The notes: a model not told the origin generated them from the letters alone. A DNA stretch of 64,000 nucleotides from an uncultured Verrucomicrobiae bacterium (GCA_963801815.1 CAWDGJ010000003.1:608001-672000), one strand, 5' to 3'. Numbered from the stretch's first letter, positions 34,359 to 45,827 are shown. Translations and numbers: made by a program.

Positions 34359-35014
34359 TGCCCGGCGGCGATGTGCACCTGGAGAATGGTTTTCTCAGCT
34401 GCGTTTGGCTCGACAGCTAACGCGGGCACGGAGGCGCCGAGTTTCTTGAGCGCATCGCGAAATTCATTCAGTCGCGCGGTTGGGATCTCGGCAAAAATCA
34501 AAATGCCATTCTCGTTGCTTAGGCCTTTGGTCGCCGAACCTCCGGATTGTGTCGCTGCTGCAGTGACCTTGTTAGCCAATTCGTCACGTTCCGTCGCGGG
34601 CGCGTTGAATGTGATTTCCTCGATGCCCAGGGTTGGAGTTGGCAAAGCTGCCGCTGCGGTTTTGGAAAGACTTTGCGTCAGCTCGGTCCGATTTTGTTCC
34701 GTCCGTTCGCGCGCGCCTTGCCTGTTTTTCATGAAGAAGATCGCGTAAATCCCAAACGTGACGTTGGCGGCAACGAGAACGATAAAAATAGTCATAATCC
34801 GTCGGGCCAGCACGGCGCCGCGCTCCGACGATGCTGTCGCATCGCCGAACCCGGCAATCTCGCGTGAATCGCCGCCCATGTTGGCGTGAATCTGGCGCGC
34901 AACCGCCAGCTCGCGGCGCGCTTCTGGATCGGACATAAACCGCTCCTCCAGGTCGGTGCGCTCGTTAGGCGATAATTTGCCTTCGAGGTAATCGAAGAGT
35001 TTGTCCGGATTCAT
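34355..35014 (-). CDS. Anti-sigma-factor-like membrane protein
   Basis: N-terminal LFDYLEGKLSPNERTDLEE pattern and a single TM segment. Confidence 0.5.
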   Translation of the reverse strand: MNPDKLFDYLEGKLSPNERTDLEERFMSDPEARRELAVARQIHANMGGDSREIAGFGDATASSERGAVLARRIMTIFIVLVAANVTFGIYAIFFMKNRQGARERTEQNRTELTQSLSKTAAAALPTPTLGIEEITFNAPATERDELANKVTAAATQSGGSATKGLSNENGILIFAEIPTARLNEFRDALKKLGASVPALAVEPNAAEKTILQVHIAAGQ

Positions 35015-35110
35015 CGTTAGTTGAAGAAAGCGTGGCGCGACAGGCGGGTTCGCGCAATCGGTAACTCACGCATAAATCGCCAAAACTGGCCTGATTTGCG
35101 CTTTCCCTTC

Positions 35111-38100
35111 GTGCAGTCGAGTAAACCCGTCGTGAGCGAATATGCTCAGGGAAGTATCCATGGTGGGAGTTGGCGTCGTCGCGCGTTAATCGCGCTCGGG
35201 ATTTTCTGCGTCCTGCTGCTGGTTTTTCATCGGCCGCTCTTATTATATATCGGTCGCCAGATCGCCCTTCATTACGCGGCGACGGAGAACCTGAAAATCG
35301 AGTTTCGTCTCGAGGGCAGCGTTTTCACAAACCTCACTGTCCGGAATCTGCACGCCGTTCCGACCGGGCCGAGCGACGTAGAGTCAATTGACGTCGATCT
35401 TGCGCGCGTTGATTACGGGCTGTTTGCCTTACTGCGTCATGGAATCTCCAAGGCACTCCGAGACGTCGAGTTGAAATCCGCGCGGATCGTGTTGAATCCG
35501 GCCAAAGCGCCGTTGCGTCCGCGTCCGCCGAATCCAAAAAACAAAATCGAGCTGCCGGATATTTTTCCGGAACGAATCCACGTCGTCGACGCGACGGTGA
35601 TTGTTCGAAACCGTCCACACGACTTCATCGCCGAACATGCCGATTTGGATCTGGACCCGCGACGCCCCGGCGAGATCAAGGTCGACAAACTGCAGCTCGT
35701 TGGCGGGCAGACCTGGTTGAAAATCGCAGCGAACGCGACCTACGCCAACCGCAGCCTGACTTTGCGTAATCTCGTTCTCGGCGACAACGAGCAGTTTCGC
35801 TCAATTAACTTCGACGCGTCACAAATCGACGCCCGCAAGCTCGGCATTAATTTCGATTACCGGGTCGCAGACGGAAACATTAACGGCGCGGTGATGCTTC
35901 GCGAGTCGCAGGATTCGCTGGAAACCGGCGTTCGCATTCGTTCCGAAAATGTGCCGCTGGCCGCGATCAACAAGTTTGCCGCATTGCCCGAGGACTGGTT
36001 GCGCGGCTCAATCGAGAAGTTCGACGTCGATCTTACCGGCTTGCTCAAATCGCCGGCGACCTGGAACGGAAACCTGACGGCGATCATCAAAGACTTTCGC
36101 CAGGAGCAAACCGCGTTTGATCGCGGTGAGTTTCAGGTTCTCGCGAAGAACGGCGTTGCGACTTTGCAGTCGGCGGAGATCAAACAGGGGAAAAACGACT
36201 TTGATATCAAGGGATCGGCCGAACTGCCGCGCGATATTCGCGATTTTGGCCGGTCGCCGGCAACCCTGGAGCTTGCGGCAACGTTGCCGGATTTGCAGGA
36301 AGTGACGGCTGCGCTGCCGCAGAAGATCAGCGGCTCCGCGCAGCTGAGCGGCAAGATGAACATCCGCAATGCGAAACTCGACGGCGATTTTACGGTGACT
36401 GCGCCGTCGATTGAGTTTCAAAACGGGCACTGTGAAAACGCGACCGCGATGATCAAGGTTGCGAAAAATATTCCCCGCTCGAATTCAGACAAGCCGTGGT
36501 TCAATGACCTGGTCTCGGATGCGACCCTCGCGATCTCAAATGTTCGCATTCGCGATTACGTCGCCGATTCGGTCGAAGCATCGCTTCACGGCCAGAATGA
36601 TCTAATAACGTTTGATCGTTTGGTTATTAAACGAAAGCAAAACGAACTCAATGCCAGCGGCGATTATCGTTTGCCAAAAGAATTGGCGCAGATTCCTGAT
36701 CAACCGGCGAAGATCGAGATCTCAGCGAACATTCCGCAACTGGCTGACTATTGGGTTTCAGATTCGCCGGACAAGATTTCAGGACCTTTGCAGGCCGGTG
36801 GTCAGATCGAATGGAAGGATGGGATCGCGAACGGCCAATTGTCGGTCTTCGGTACCAATCTTCGGATGCGTGATCTCGTCTTCACCCAGATCGACACCCA
36901 GTGCGAGATTTGGAACAGCGTCCTCTACTTGAACGACGTTAGCGCGAAGTTGAACGACCGGGATTTTGTCAGCGGCAACGGAACTGTGGATCTTCGTGGC
37001 CCGCATCATTACAGCGGAATGTGGCGGGCAAACATTTCGGACTTGTCGACGCTGCGTCCGTTGCTGCGTACCTTTGGAAATCAAAACGAAGTGGGCGGCT
37101 CGCTTGTGATGGAGTGGAAGGGAAGCGGCGACGCTGCCGCTTTCAAGAAATCCGGCCAGCTGAAATTTGCACTGGATAACGCCCGCTACGGAAACGCCCG
37201 TTCGTTGCAGGCACACGCGGACGCGACTTACTCGCCCGACGGTCTCGACGTTCCAACGATCTTTTTCCGCAGTGACAAAATGTATTTCCAGGCGATCGCT
37301 CGTGCCCAGGGCGAGACGCTCGAGATCAGCAAGATCGAGCTCGATCAGGACCAGGCGAAGTATGCCGGTGGTTACGCCTCCATCCCGTTCGTTTGGAAAA
37401 ATCTTGGCACTGATTCCACGTTGCTTCCGTCCAACGGAAAAGTGACGGCAACGTTTCAATCTGCGAACCTCGACATCAAAAAACTTTTTCAAGACGTCGG
37501 ACTCACCCCGGCGGCGTCGGGGTCGCTGAACGTCAAATTCGATGCCAATGGGACACTCGCTGATCTGAACGCGCGGCTCGATGTGCAGATGCGTGACCTG
37601 CGGAGTCTAAGGTTGGAGAAGTTTGAACCGGCGTCGGTTGATCTAACCGCGCAAACCAAAGGCAGAGACCTGACGATCACCGGAAAACTGCAGCAGGCGA
37701 AGATTCAGCCGCTGGAACTGATCGCGAACTTTCCATTCGACGTTCCGAAGATCGCGGACCAGAGAAAACTACCGGACGACACTCCGGTGAATGCGAAACT
37801 GCGATTGCCGCGCAGTTCGGTAAACTTCGTACGGCAGTTCATTCCAGGCGTTCAAGAACTCGACGGCGACGCCGCCCTCGACGTGGATGTTCGCGGCACA
37901 ATCGCGAAACCTGTTCTTACCGGCAGCGGCGACATGACGGTTAACGTGGCGCGGATGACGGATCCGACTTTTCCGGCGGTCCAGAATTTCAAGGCGCGCC
38001 TGACCTTTGCCAATGACGCACTCACGATTGACCAATGCCGGGGCGAACTCTCCGGCGGACGTTTTACCGTTAGCGGCGGCGTCAGGTTTCCAACACTGCG

Positions 38101-39010
38101 AAACGCGGACCTGAATTTGCAGTTGAAGGCTGACAGCGCGCTCGTCGCGCGCAACGATACCCTGACTGCGCGTGCGGACGCCGACATCAAAGTTGTCGGA
38201 CCATTCACGAGCGCGAATGTCAGCGGCACGATCGCGATGACCAACAGTCAGTTCCTGAAGAATCTCGACCTCATGCCGATCGGGTTGCCAGGGCGGCCGG
38301 CGCCGCAACCGCCGCAGTCGCGGCCGCAATTTTCGATTCCACAGCCACCGTTTCGTGATTGGAAATTCGACGTAACGATTAAAACGAAGGACCCTTTCCT
38401 GATTCGCGGCAATCTCGCGAATGGCAGAGCGACCGGCGATTTGCATTTGGCCGGCACCGGACTGCAGCCGGGTTTGGAAGGCTACGTGCGACTCGAAAAC
38501 GTGGACGCGACACTCCCATTCAGTCGCCTCGAGATTTCGTCCGGGTTTCTTTATTTCGATCCGTCCGATTCCCTCAATCCGAAGATCGACATGCACGGCA
38601 GATCGGTGATCCGCGATTACACAATCAACGTTTACATTTACGGAACGTCTCTCGCCCCGCAGGCGATTTTCACCAGCGAGCCGCCGCTGCCCCAGGAAGA
38701 AATTATTTCTTTGCTTGCAACCGGTGCGACCCGGGAGGAATTAACCGGCAACAACAACGTGCTCGCAGGACGTGCCGCGATGTTGCTCGTCCAGCAGCTT
38801 TACCGAAAAGTTTTTAAGAAAGGGCAGGGGACACAAAGCAGCTCCGTCTTCGATAGATTAGATTTGGACGTCGGCACGGTCGATCCACGAACCGGTCAGC
38901 AACAGGTGATTGCGCGTTTCAAGGTAAACGACCAGTTTGTCTTGCTCGGCGACGTCGGAGTGGGCGGCGATTACCGCGGCATTGTGAAATATCTGATTCG
39001 GTTCCGGTGA
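35111..39010 (+). CDS. Translocation/assembly module TamB-domain protein (start approximate)
   Basis: N-terminal anchor, long beta-rich body and C-terminal FTSEPPLPQEEIISLLATG. Coupled to an Omp85 gene. Confidence 0.85.
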   Translation: MQSSKPVVSEYAQGSIHGGSWRRRALIALGIFCVLLLVFHRPLLLYIGRQIALHYAATENLKIEFRLEGSVFTNLTVRNLHAVPTGPSDVESIDVDLARVDYGLFALLRHGISKALRDVELKSARIVLNPAKAPLRPRPPNPKNKIELPDIFPERIHVVDATVIVRNRPHDFIAEHADLDLDPRRPGEIKVDKLQLVGGQTWLKIAANATYANRSLTLRNLVLGDNEQFRSINFDASQIDARKLGINFDYRVADGNINGAVMLRESQDSLETGVRIRSENVPLAAINKFAALPEDWLRGSIEKFDVDLTGLLKSPATWNGNLTAIIKDFRQEQTAFDRGEFQVLAKNGVATLQSAEIKQGKNDFDIKGSAELPRDIRDFGRSPATLELAATLPDLQEVTAALPQKISGSAQLSGKMNIRNAKLDGDFTVTAPSIEFQNGHCENATAMIKVAKNIPRSNSDKPWFNDLVSDATLAISNVRIRDYVADSVEASLHGQNDLITFDRLVIKRKQNELNASGDYRLPKELAQIPDQPAKIEISANIPQLADYWVSDSPDKISGPLQAGGQIEWKDGIANGQLSVFGTNLRMRDLVFTQIDTQCEIWNSVLYLNDVSAKLNDRDFVSGNGTVDLRGPHHYSGMWRANISDLSTLRPLLRTFGNQNEVGGSLVMEWKGSGDAAAFKKSGQLKFALDNARYGNARSLQAHADATYSPDGLDVPTIFFRSDKMYFQAIARAQGETLEISKIELDQDQAKYAGGYASIPFVWKNLGTDSTLLPSNGKVTATFQSANLDIKKLFQDVGLTPAASGSLNVKFDANGTLADLNARLDVQMRDLRSLRLEKFEPASVDLTAQTKGRDLTITGKLQQAKIQPLELIANFPFDVPKIADQRKLPDDTPVNAKLRLPRSSVNFVRQFIPGVQELDGDAALDVDVRGTIAKPVLTGSGDMTVNVARMTDPTFPAVQNFKARLTFANDALTIDQCRGELSGGRFTVSGGVRFPTLRNADLNLQLKADSALVARNDTLTARADADIKVVGPFTSANVSGTIAMTNSQFLKNLDLMPIGLPGRPAPQPPQSRPQFSIPQPPFRDWKFDVTIKTKDPFLIRGNLANGRATGDLHLAGTGLQPGLEGYVRLENVDATLPFSRLEISSGFLYFDPSDSLNPKIDMHGRSVIRDYTINVYIYGTSLAPQAIFTSEPPLPQEEIISLLATGATREELTGNNNVLAGRAAMLLVQQLYRKVFKKGQGTQSSSVFDRLDLDVGTVDPRTGQQQVIARFKVNDQFVLLGDVGVGGDYRGIVKYLIRFR

Positions 39011-41181
39011 TGGGTCGCGCTTGTTTTGCTTTTTTGATTGCGGTTGCTGCTCCGTTGGGAGCGCAAACCGCCGTCGACGTTCCGCGTGCGGAGCAGAAAC
39101 AAGAACAGCAGAACGCGGTCGCCAAGGTGCAGGAAAAACGCGCACAGGCGACCACGAAGGTTGAGTTCACCGGCCAGCAAGCGTTCAAGGAAAAGGATTT
39201 GCGCTCGGCGGTGAAGGAACAACTGACGACGTTTGATCAATTCGGGCTGACTCCCGCGCGGGCGGACGATCTCGCGTTTTTCGTCGAACTTTTCTATCGC
39301 AAGCACGGTTACACAAAAGCGACCGTGCGGTATAAAATCGAAGGCCGGGATCGTCTCCAGCTCGAGATCAACGAGGGCGCGTTGATGGCGCTCGGCACAA
39401 TCACCTTTGAAGGAAACGCCCGCGAGCCGGAAAAGAAATTGTTCGAGTTTGTCGTCGGCCCCACCCGTCAGCGTTATTCGAAATTGCAGCGCACTTTGCC
39501 TTTCGTCGCTTCGGACATTCAGGAAGGCACGGAGTTGGTCCACCGTTTTTATGTCGCGGAAGGCTTTCTCGACGTCGTTGTCGATCAACCGCGTTACACT
39601 TTTCATGACGAAGAGGGCCGCGTCGATGTCACGGTCCCCATTCGCGAAGGCCGCCAGTATTTCTTTGGCGACGTCTCGTTTAGCGGACAGACGATTTACG
39701 GAGCAGACGCGCTCCGCGGACAGCTCGAGGATTTATTGAGACAACCGTACACCGAAGCACGCGTGGCCGATATTCCCCGGCGGCTTCAGGCTTATTTCAA
39801 ATCACGCGGATATTATGAGGTGAAAGTGGAGGCGACACCCGAACCGGACCGCGTGAGCGCGGCGCATATTCCCGTCCAGGTCGTCGTTTCGCCGGGCGCT
39901 CTTTATCATTTTAGTGGCGAAGTTTTTGTAAACGGACTGACGCGTTTGCATCCAAGCTTCGTTCAAAAGCGCTTCACGAAATTAAAAGGCCAGACCTACA
40001 GCCCGGAAGTTCTCGATGAAAGATTTCGCACGTTGATGAAGACCGGCTTGTTTAACGTGCTGAAAATCGAGCCGACGCCGATCGCCGACGAAGATGATCT
40101 CTTGCTGAACATTTCGGCCGAAGAAGCCAAGAGCAAGGAGTTCGGGTTCTCGCTCGGTTACGGTACTTTCGAGGGCGGAATCGTTGGCGCGCAATTTCGC
40201 GAGCGCGACCTGTTTGGTTACGGGCGCCCGATCACGATCTCAGGCGAGGTTTCACAACGCAGCTACAAGGGTGAATTCGTTTACGAAGATCCGTTTCTTT
40301 TCGACACTGAGTTTTTTTTCAGAAACCGGCTGTCCGCCTTCACTTTCGATTACGACGGCTATTCGAAATTTGAGATCGGCGATCGTGTTGAGTTAAGGCG
40401 AAAGATCACAAAACAATATGAAGCCGGTTTGGTCTTCGCTGCCCGCCACGTCGAAATCACCGACGCGTCGATTGCTGACCGGTTCCTTGGCCCCACCACT
40501 TACTGGGCGAACTCGCTCGGCTTCACCCAAACGCTCGATTTGCGCGAAAGTCCGCTCGTTGAACCGCGCGGTTTTGTCTTCAACAATACATTGGATGTCG
40601 CTTCGACCGCGTTTGGGAGTCAGATCCAGCTTATTCGCGGCACCGGTGGTGTTGCTTATTTCCTGCCGTTCGGCCCGAAGTCATTAACCCCGGGCGTTGC
40701 CGAAGACCAAACCGGGCCGCCGTTGCAGCGCTGGTTCCAGCAATCGTCGATCGCGTTCGGCGCGCGGGTTGGCGCGGTTCACTCTCTTAATAATTCCGGC
40801 CCGGATGAAGAGACGACGTTGCCGATCGACGAACGCTTTTTCAACGGCGGCGCGACTACCGTTCGCAGTTTTGGTGAGCGCGACCTCGGTCCGCTCGATC
40901 CGAAAGGAAATCCAATCGGTGGCGAATTTTATACGATTTTCAATGTTGAATACACGTTTCCGATTTACGGCGAGCTCCAGGGCGCAACGTTTTTCGATGC
41001 GGGAAATCTTCTGCCGACGTCCGAACATCCAAGCCTCGATGAAATGCGCTACGCTCTCGGACTCGGTTTGCGTTACAAATTGCCGATCGGCCCAATCAGG
41101 CTCGATTACGGATTTAACCCCGATCCTCAAAAAGACGAGGACTTTGGCGCATTTCATTTAAGTTTCGGCTTCGCCTTCTAG
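39007..41181 (+). CDS. Omp85-family (BamA/TamA) outer membrane protein
   Basis: POTRA-like repeats, ERFFNGGATTVRSF, GLRYKLPIGPIRLDYG and terminal Phe. Confidence 0.92.
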   Translation: MMGRACFAFLIAVAAPLGAQTAVDVPRAEQKQEQQNAVAKVQEKRAQATTKVEFTGQQAFKEKDLRSAVKEQLTTFDQFGLTPARADDLAFFVELFYRKHGYTKATVRYKIEGRDRLQLEINEGALMALGTITFEGNAREPEKKLFEFVVGPTRQRYSKLQRTLPFVASDIQEGTELVHRFYVAEGFLDVVVDQPRYTFHDEEGRVDVTVPIREGRQYFFGDVSFSGQTIYGADALRGQLEDLLRQPYTEARVADIPRRLQAYFKSRGYYEVKVEATPEPDRVSAAHIPVQVVVSPGALYHFSGEVFVNGLTRLHPSFVQKRFTKLKGQTYSPEVLDERFRTLMKTGLFNVLKIEPTPIADEDDLLLNISAEEAKSKEFGFSLGYGTFEGGIVGAQFRERDLFGYGRPITISGEVSQRSYKGEFVYEDPFLFDTEFFFRNRLSAFTFDYDGYSKFEIGDRVELRRKITKQYEAGLVFAARHVEITDASIADRFLGPTTYWANSLGFTQTLDLRESPLVEPRGFVFNNTLDVASTAFGSQIQLIRGTGGVAYFLPFGPKSLTPGVAEDQTGPPLQRWFQQSSIAFGARVGAVHSLNNSGPDEETTLPIDERFFNGGATTVRSFGERDLGPLDPKGNPIGGEFYTIFNVEYTFPIYGELQGATFFDAGNLLPTSEHPSLDEMRYALGLGLRYKLPIGPIRLDYGFNPDPQKDEDFGAFHLSFGFAF

Positions 41182-41208
41182 CGGCAAGGCGAACTGCCGG
41201 CCGAGATT

Positions 41209-41301
41209 TAGGTGGATCGGCCGCTCCGCGGGCGATGTCAAAAAGTTTGCGGCTCCGCCATCTACAACTAGCATCGAGCAAGGGACTGCTCGATCCACCT
41301 A
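41209..41301. repeat. REP-like doublet
   Basis: Inverted ends taggtggatcg ... cgatccaccta. Confidence 0.6.
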
Positions 41302-41324
41302 CAAACGGGCGTTCTCATGTCACC

Positions 41325-42804
41325 ATGCAAGATCGGCCACCACTTGGCGACACGCCGCCGGAGATTTTCCGGCAACAATTGCGCGAGCTCGCAGAGTGGA
41401 TCGCGGATTACCGCGAGAAAATTGGCGAGCGACCGATTTCTCGCCACCTGGAACCTGGAGAAATTGTTTCGCAGTTGGATCGCGATCCACCGGAAACCGG
41501 CACGTCGTTCGACAAAATCTTTGCGGATATCGACCGAGTGATCGTTCCCGGCATCGCCCACTGGGCGCATCCGCAATTCATGAGCTACTTCGGCTGCACC
41601 ACGACGAATCCCGGAATCCTCGCCGAAGCGATCACCGGCGCGCTCAACGTAAACGCAATGACATGGCGAACGGCCCCGGCTGCGACCGAACTCGAAACTT
41701 TGGTCGTCGATTGGCTCCGACAGTGGCTTACTCTGCCTGACAAATTCTCCGGAGTCGTTTACGACACGGCGTCGATGTCAACCATGCACGCGCTCGCCGC
41801 CGCGCGCGAACAAATCGCTCCTGACACCCGAAAACTCGGATTGACCGGCCGCGATCTGCCGCGTTTCCGGATTTATACTTCCGAACAGGCGCATAGCTCG
41901 ATCGAGAAGAGTGCGATTGCATTGGGCCTCGGCGAGGAAAACGTGAGGCGCATTCCGGTCGATGCGGAATTTCGGATGGACGTGGCGGCCTTGCGCACAG
42001 CGATCTCGCAGGACCGGCAGCAACATTTTCGGCCAATGGCGGTGGTCGCAACGGTTGGAACGACGTCGACTGCGAGTATCGATCCCATTCCGCAAATCGC
42101 GAAGATTTGCCGTGACGAAAAGATTTGGCTGCACATCGACGGTGCCTACGGTGCGGGCATCGCGCTCCTGCCCGAATTCAAATCGGTCACGGCGGGATGG
42201 AGCGAAGCCGATTCGATTGTGGTGAATCCGCACAAGATGCTTTTCGTGCCGCTGGATTTCAGCGTGCTTTACATGCGCGACGTCGGGAAATTGCGGCGAC
42301 TGTTCGCACTTGTGCCCGAGGATGTGCATTTGCGCGATCCCGTCGGCGCCGAAATCAATTACATGGATTACGGCGTGCAGCTCGGCCGGCGCTTCCGCGC
42401 ATTGAAAGCGTGGGTTGTCTGGCGCAGCTTTGGGCGCGAAGGAATTGCTCGCGCGAATTCGCGAGCACGTTCGGCTGGCTAGGCTTTTCGCCGACTGGAT
42501 CGAAAAAGATAAACGCTTCGAACTGGCGGCACCGGTCAGCATGGGCGTGGTTTGCTTTCGACTCGTCGCCGCCGACGAGTCATCGCGCCGTAGCGTACCG
42601 CCAGTGCGGCTCGGACCGAAGGCGGACGCTAATGCGAAGATCGTCGACCGAATCAACGCGTCAGGGAGCGCCTACATCACGCAAACGAAACTGCGCGGCC
42701 GCACCGTGATGCGGATCGGCTTGGGAAATGTGCTTACGACTGAGCACCATCTCCGAAACGTCTGGGAAATGATCCAAACAGTCGCAAAGGACGTTTGCGA
42801 CTGA
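41325..42804 (+). CDS. Group II PLP-dependent (aromatic-L-amino-acid-like) decarboxylase (frameshift near 42450)
   Basis: HWAHPQFMSYF, PAATELE, AHSSIEK, HIDGAYGA, NPHK (PLP lysine) and QLGRRFRALKAW. Confidence 0.9.
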
Positions 42805-42945
42805 GGCTCCAAAACCCAAATCCCAGGCTCCAAATCCCAGGCAAAGGTCAAACGATCAAAGGTCGGAAAAACAGCAACGCGGCCTTTGAGAGTTGGAACT
42901 TTAAATTTTCCCTGGAATTTGGGGCTTGGATTTTGGGATTTGGGT
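42805..42945. repeat. Inverted pair of heptamer tandem repeats (AATCCCA / TGGGATT type)
   Basis: ccaaaacccaaatcccaggctccaaatccca ... ttggggcttggattttgggatttggg. Confidence 0.75.
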
Positions 42946-43000
42946 CGTGCCAGAAACCACTTGGCTCGCGCCCTCGAATTCGTAAATTGCCCGCCCACCC

Positions 43001-44524
43001 ATGATCAAAATTCTTCGTAAACATCGCAACTGGCTCATGATCGTCATCGCGGTCCTGGCCTTGCCGTTCTGTCTCTACTTCGTCAAAAGCGACACCAGCC
43101 TGATCCGCTCCGATACCTTCGCCCAGATGTACGGCCACAAGATCACCCTCATTGAGGCCCAGCGGGACGCTCGTCTTTATGAACTCGCGAAGTTTCTCGG
43201 GCTGTCCGATTTCACCAAGAGTCTGACCCCGGGCCAGGGAGACGAGAACCAGAAAGCGGGCTCGTTCATTATCAATCTCGCCGTGCTTCGTCATGAGGCC
43301 GGCCGTCTCGGGATTGAACCGTCCGAATCGGAAGTCGTCGACGCGGTGAAGAAATTTCCAGCCCTTCAAGGCACGTCAGGTTTTGACGCCACTAAGTACG
43401 ATAAGGTGGAGCGCGGAGTTCTGCCCTCGCTCGGATTTACCGACGAACAACTACGCGAGATCGCGCGCGATGAGCTTTGCCTCAAACGAATCAAGGATCT
43501 CGTCGGCTCGGTGGTGACGCTTCCCGAAAGCGAGAGCAAATCCAATTACGACCAACTTTACGGAAAGAATTTTGTCACCGTGGTGCGCGTGAAAGCGACC
43601 GATCTGACAAAAGAGGTAAAGGTCAGCGACGACGACGTTAAAAAATATTACGACTCGCACAGCTCCGAGCTGAAGACCGAACAGAAGCGGAAAGTAGAGT
43701 TTGTCCGGCTCGCGTTGACCGACGAGCAGAAAAAATTGAAAGACAAGGAGCGGATCGACGCGCTCCAGAAGTTGGCCGATCGCGCGAACGATGTCTCACA
43801 AGCGCTGCTGGAGAAGGGAGCCGATTTTCACCAGGTGGCCGCGAAGTTTCAATTGCCGGTTGAAACGACCGGCGAATTCACTGCGTCCGCTCCGGACCCG
43901 AAACTAAAAGGAGACGCTCAGTTGAACCAGGTGGCATTCGCGTTGACCCAGCAGGAACCGAACAGCGATCCGGTTCAGGCAACGGACGGTTTTGTGATCG
44001 TGCATCTTGCCGGAATTGTCGATTCCCGTCCACTCACTCTGGACGAAGCCAAGCCGAAGATTGTCGATGCGATCAAAAACGATCGCGCCCGCGAAATGGC
44101 ACAGGCCGAGGGTCGGAAGGCGGCGGAAACGCTGCGCAATGGATTGAAGGCGGGCCAGCCGCTTCAATTTACTTTGGAACAGGCCGGCGGTCTGAAAGCT
44201 GAGAAAGTCGAGCCGTTCGCAATTGGCGATGACATCGATCAGAAGAATTCCGCCGATCCAAAGAAGAACGAACCGGCCGACATGATCGTGATCAAAAACA
44301 TCGCCGGGGAGCTCTCGCCCGGTGACGTCAGCGAGTTCGCACCGTGGATCGATGGTGGCCTGATTGTGATCATGGACAAACGCGAGCTGCCCGACCCGGC
44401 TAAATATCAACAGGCAAAGGCGGCATTCGCTGACCGTTATCTCAAGACCGCCCGCGAGTATGTTTTCATGGAATGGTTGCGTGATCGTCAGCGGGACGCC
44501 GGCCTGCAATTCGCGCGAGGCTAA
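43001..44524 (+). CDS. SurA N-terminal domain / PpiD-like periplasmic chaperone
   Basis: N-terminal anchor MIKILRKH..., VSDDDVKKYYDSH and PLTLDEAKPKI. Confidence 0.75.
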   Translation: MIKILRKHRNWLMIVIAVLALPFCLYFVKSDTSLIRSDTFAQMYGHKITLIEAQRDARLYELAKFLGLSDFTKSLTPGQGDENQKAGSFIINLAVLRHEAGRLGIEPSESEVVDAVKKFPALQGTSGFDATKYDKVERGVLPSLGFTDEQLREIARDELCLKRIKDLVGSVVTLPESESKSNYDQLYGKNFVTVVRVKATDLTKEVKVSDDDVKKYYDSHSSELKTEQKRKVEFVRLALTDEQKKLKDKERIDALQKLADRANDVSQALLEKGADFHQVAAKFQLPVETTGEFTASAPDPKLKGDAQLNQVAFALTQQEPNSDPVQATDGFVIVHLAGIVDSRPLTLDEAKPKIVDAIKNDRAREMAQAEGRKAAETLRNGLKAGQPLQFTLEQAGGLKAEKVEPFAIGDDIDQKNSADPKKNEPADMIVIKNIAGELSPGDVSEFAPWIDGGLIVIMDKRELPDPAKYQQAKAAFADRYLKTAREYVFMEWLRDRQRDAGLQFARG

Positions 44525-44554
44525 ACCGTGGCGTCGCTTTGGCCGCTACGGAAG

Positions 44555-44713
44555 ATCCAAATCCCAAAACCCAAATCCCAGGGAAACGCCAAATTTCTAA
44601 ACCTCAAAATGCCAGGCGCATAAGTTTTCTGGATTTTTCTGCGTTGGAATTTTGGATTTGTTTGAGATTTGGTAATTGGGAATTACCTGGGGGGATTTGC
44701 GATTTGTGATTTG
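44555..44713. repeat. Inverted heptamer tandem-repeat pair
   Basis: atccaaatcccaaaacccaaatccca ... ttggaattttggatttgtttgagatttggtaattgggaatt...gatttgcgatttgtgatttg. Confidence 0.75.
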
Positions 44714-44720
44714 TAAAGAC

Positions 44721-45050
44721 ATGGCTACTCGCGACGAAATTTTCGATGACGCGAACGGTGACCTCGCCGTCGGTGAGCTGGAAAGCGCTGTCGCAAAGTA
44801 CCGCCATTGCGTTGATCTCGATCCGAGCTTTTTCGACGGCTGGCATGCGCTGGGAATGGCGCTGATGAAAGTCGGTCGTTTCGACGACGCGATCGAAGCC
44901 GGCAAGAAAGCGGTCGAGCTCAAACCGAACGACCAGATCGGTTGGACGAGTCTCTCACTTTTCTACAATCGCGCCGGCAACATCAAAGAAGCCGAAGCCG
45001 CCGGGACCAAAGCGAAAATAATTTCCTGGGGAGGGAAGATCGCGCGGTAG
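44721..45050 (+). CDS. Small TPR protein
   Basis: TPR consensus LDPSFFDGWHALGMALMKVGRFDDAIEAGKKAVELKP. Confidence 0.8.
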   Translation: MATRDEIFDDANGDLAVGELESAVAKYRHCVDLDPSFFDGWHALGMALMKVGRFDDAIEAGKKAVELKPNDQIGWTSLSLFYNRAGNIKEAEAAGTKAKIISWGGKIAR

Positions 45051-45056
45051 CGCGAT

Positions 45057-45201
45057 AAATCTCAATTCACAGGCACCAAATCCCAAATAAATCCAAAATT
45101 CCAAAAGCCAAAAACCCAAAGGCTCGCGCGGCGCGTTTTTGAGATTTAGAAGTTTGGTACTTGCTTGGGATTTGGTATTTGGGGTTTGGGGTTTGTTTGG
45201 C
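45057..45201. repeat. Inverted heptamer tandem-repeat pair
   Basis: caccaaatcccaaataaatccaaaattcca... ttgggatttggtatttggggtttggggttt. Confidence 0.75.
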
Positions 45202-45256
45202 TCGGCGTCTTTCACCACCAAGACCAAGAATAAATACGGAGATATTGTAGAGGCGC

Positions 45257-45320
45257 TTACGCTCCCGCTAGTGCATCCAGAAAGAACCCTACTTGTGGTT
45301 TGCCGCAGAGCGGCATGATT
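45257..45320 (-). mobile_element. 64-bp AA-bounded mini-element, copy A, inside a GTAG REP
   Basis: Reverse complement AATCATGCCGCTCTGCGGCAA...GGATGCACTAGCGGGAGCGTAA. Removing it restores the REP tgtagaggcgcttgtgccaggcgcct. Confidence 0.75.
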
Positions 45321-45386
45321 GTGCCAGGCGCCTGTCTATCAAATTCGGTGCTTGTCACAAGCACCGCTACAACTTAACAACCATTT

Positions 45387-45827
45387 ATGAAAAAATCCCT
45401 GAGTTACGTAGTTGCACTTTTGTTCGTAGGAATCGCTGTTTCGTTCGCCAAGGGACCGGACACCGATGCTCTCAAGGCGAAGGAGACCGCAGCCTGGCAG
45501 TCGTTTAAGGACAAGAAGGCCGACGATTTCAAAAAAGTCGTCGCCGCTGACTTTCACGGAGTTTATGCCGAAGGCGTCTTCGACATGGCCAAAGAATTGG
45601 ACGCCATGAAAAATTGGGACATGAAATCATTCACCATCAGCGATTACAAAGCCGTTTCTGCGGGAGCGGACACGATGGTTAGCACCTACACGGTGACGCT
45701 GGAAGGTGCCTATGATGGCAAAGATGCATCCGGCACCTACAATTGTGGCTCGGTTTGGAAAATGGAGAAGGGCGGCTGGATGGCGATTTTCCACACCAAC
45801 ATCAAACAAGAGACCGCGGCGAAATAG
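45387..45827 (+). CDS. Secreted NTF2-like (DUF4440-like) protein
   Basis: Signal peptide, ETAAWQSFKDKKADDFKKVVAADF and SVWKMEKGGWMAIFH. Confidence 0.75.
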   Translation: MKKSLSYVVALLFVGIAVSFAKGPDTDALKAKETAAWQSFKDKKADDFKKVVAADFHGVYAEGVFDMAKELDAMKNWDMKSFTISDYKAVSAGADTMVSTYTVTLEGAYDGKDASGTYNCGSVWKMEKGGWMAIFHTNIKQETAAK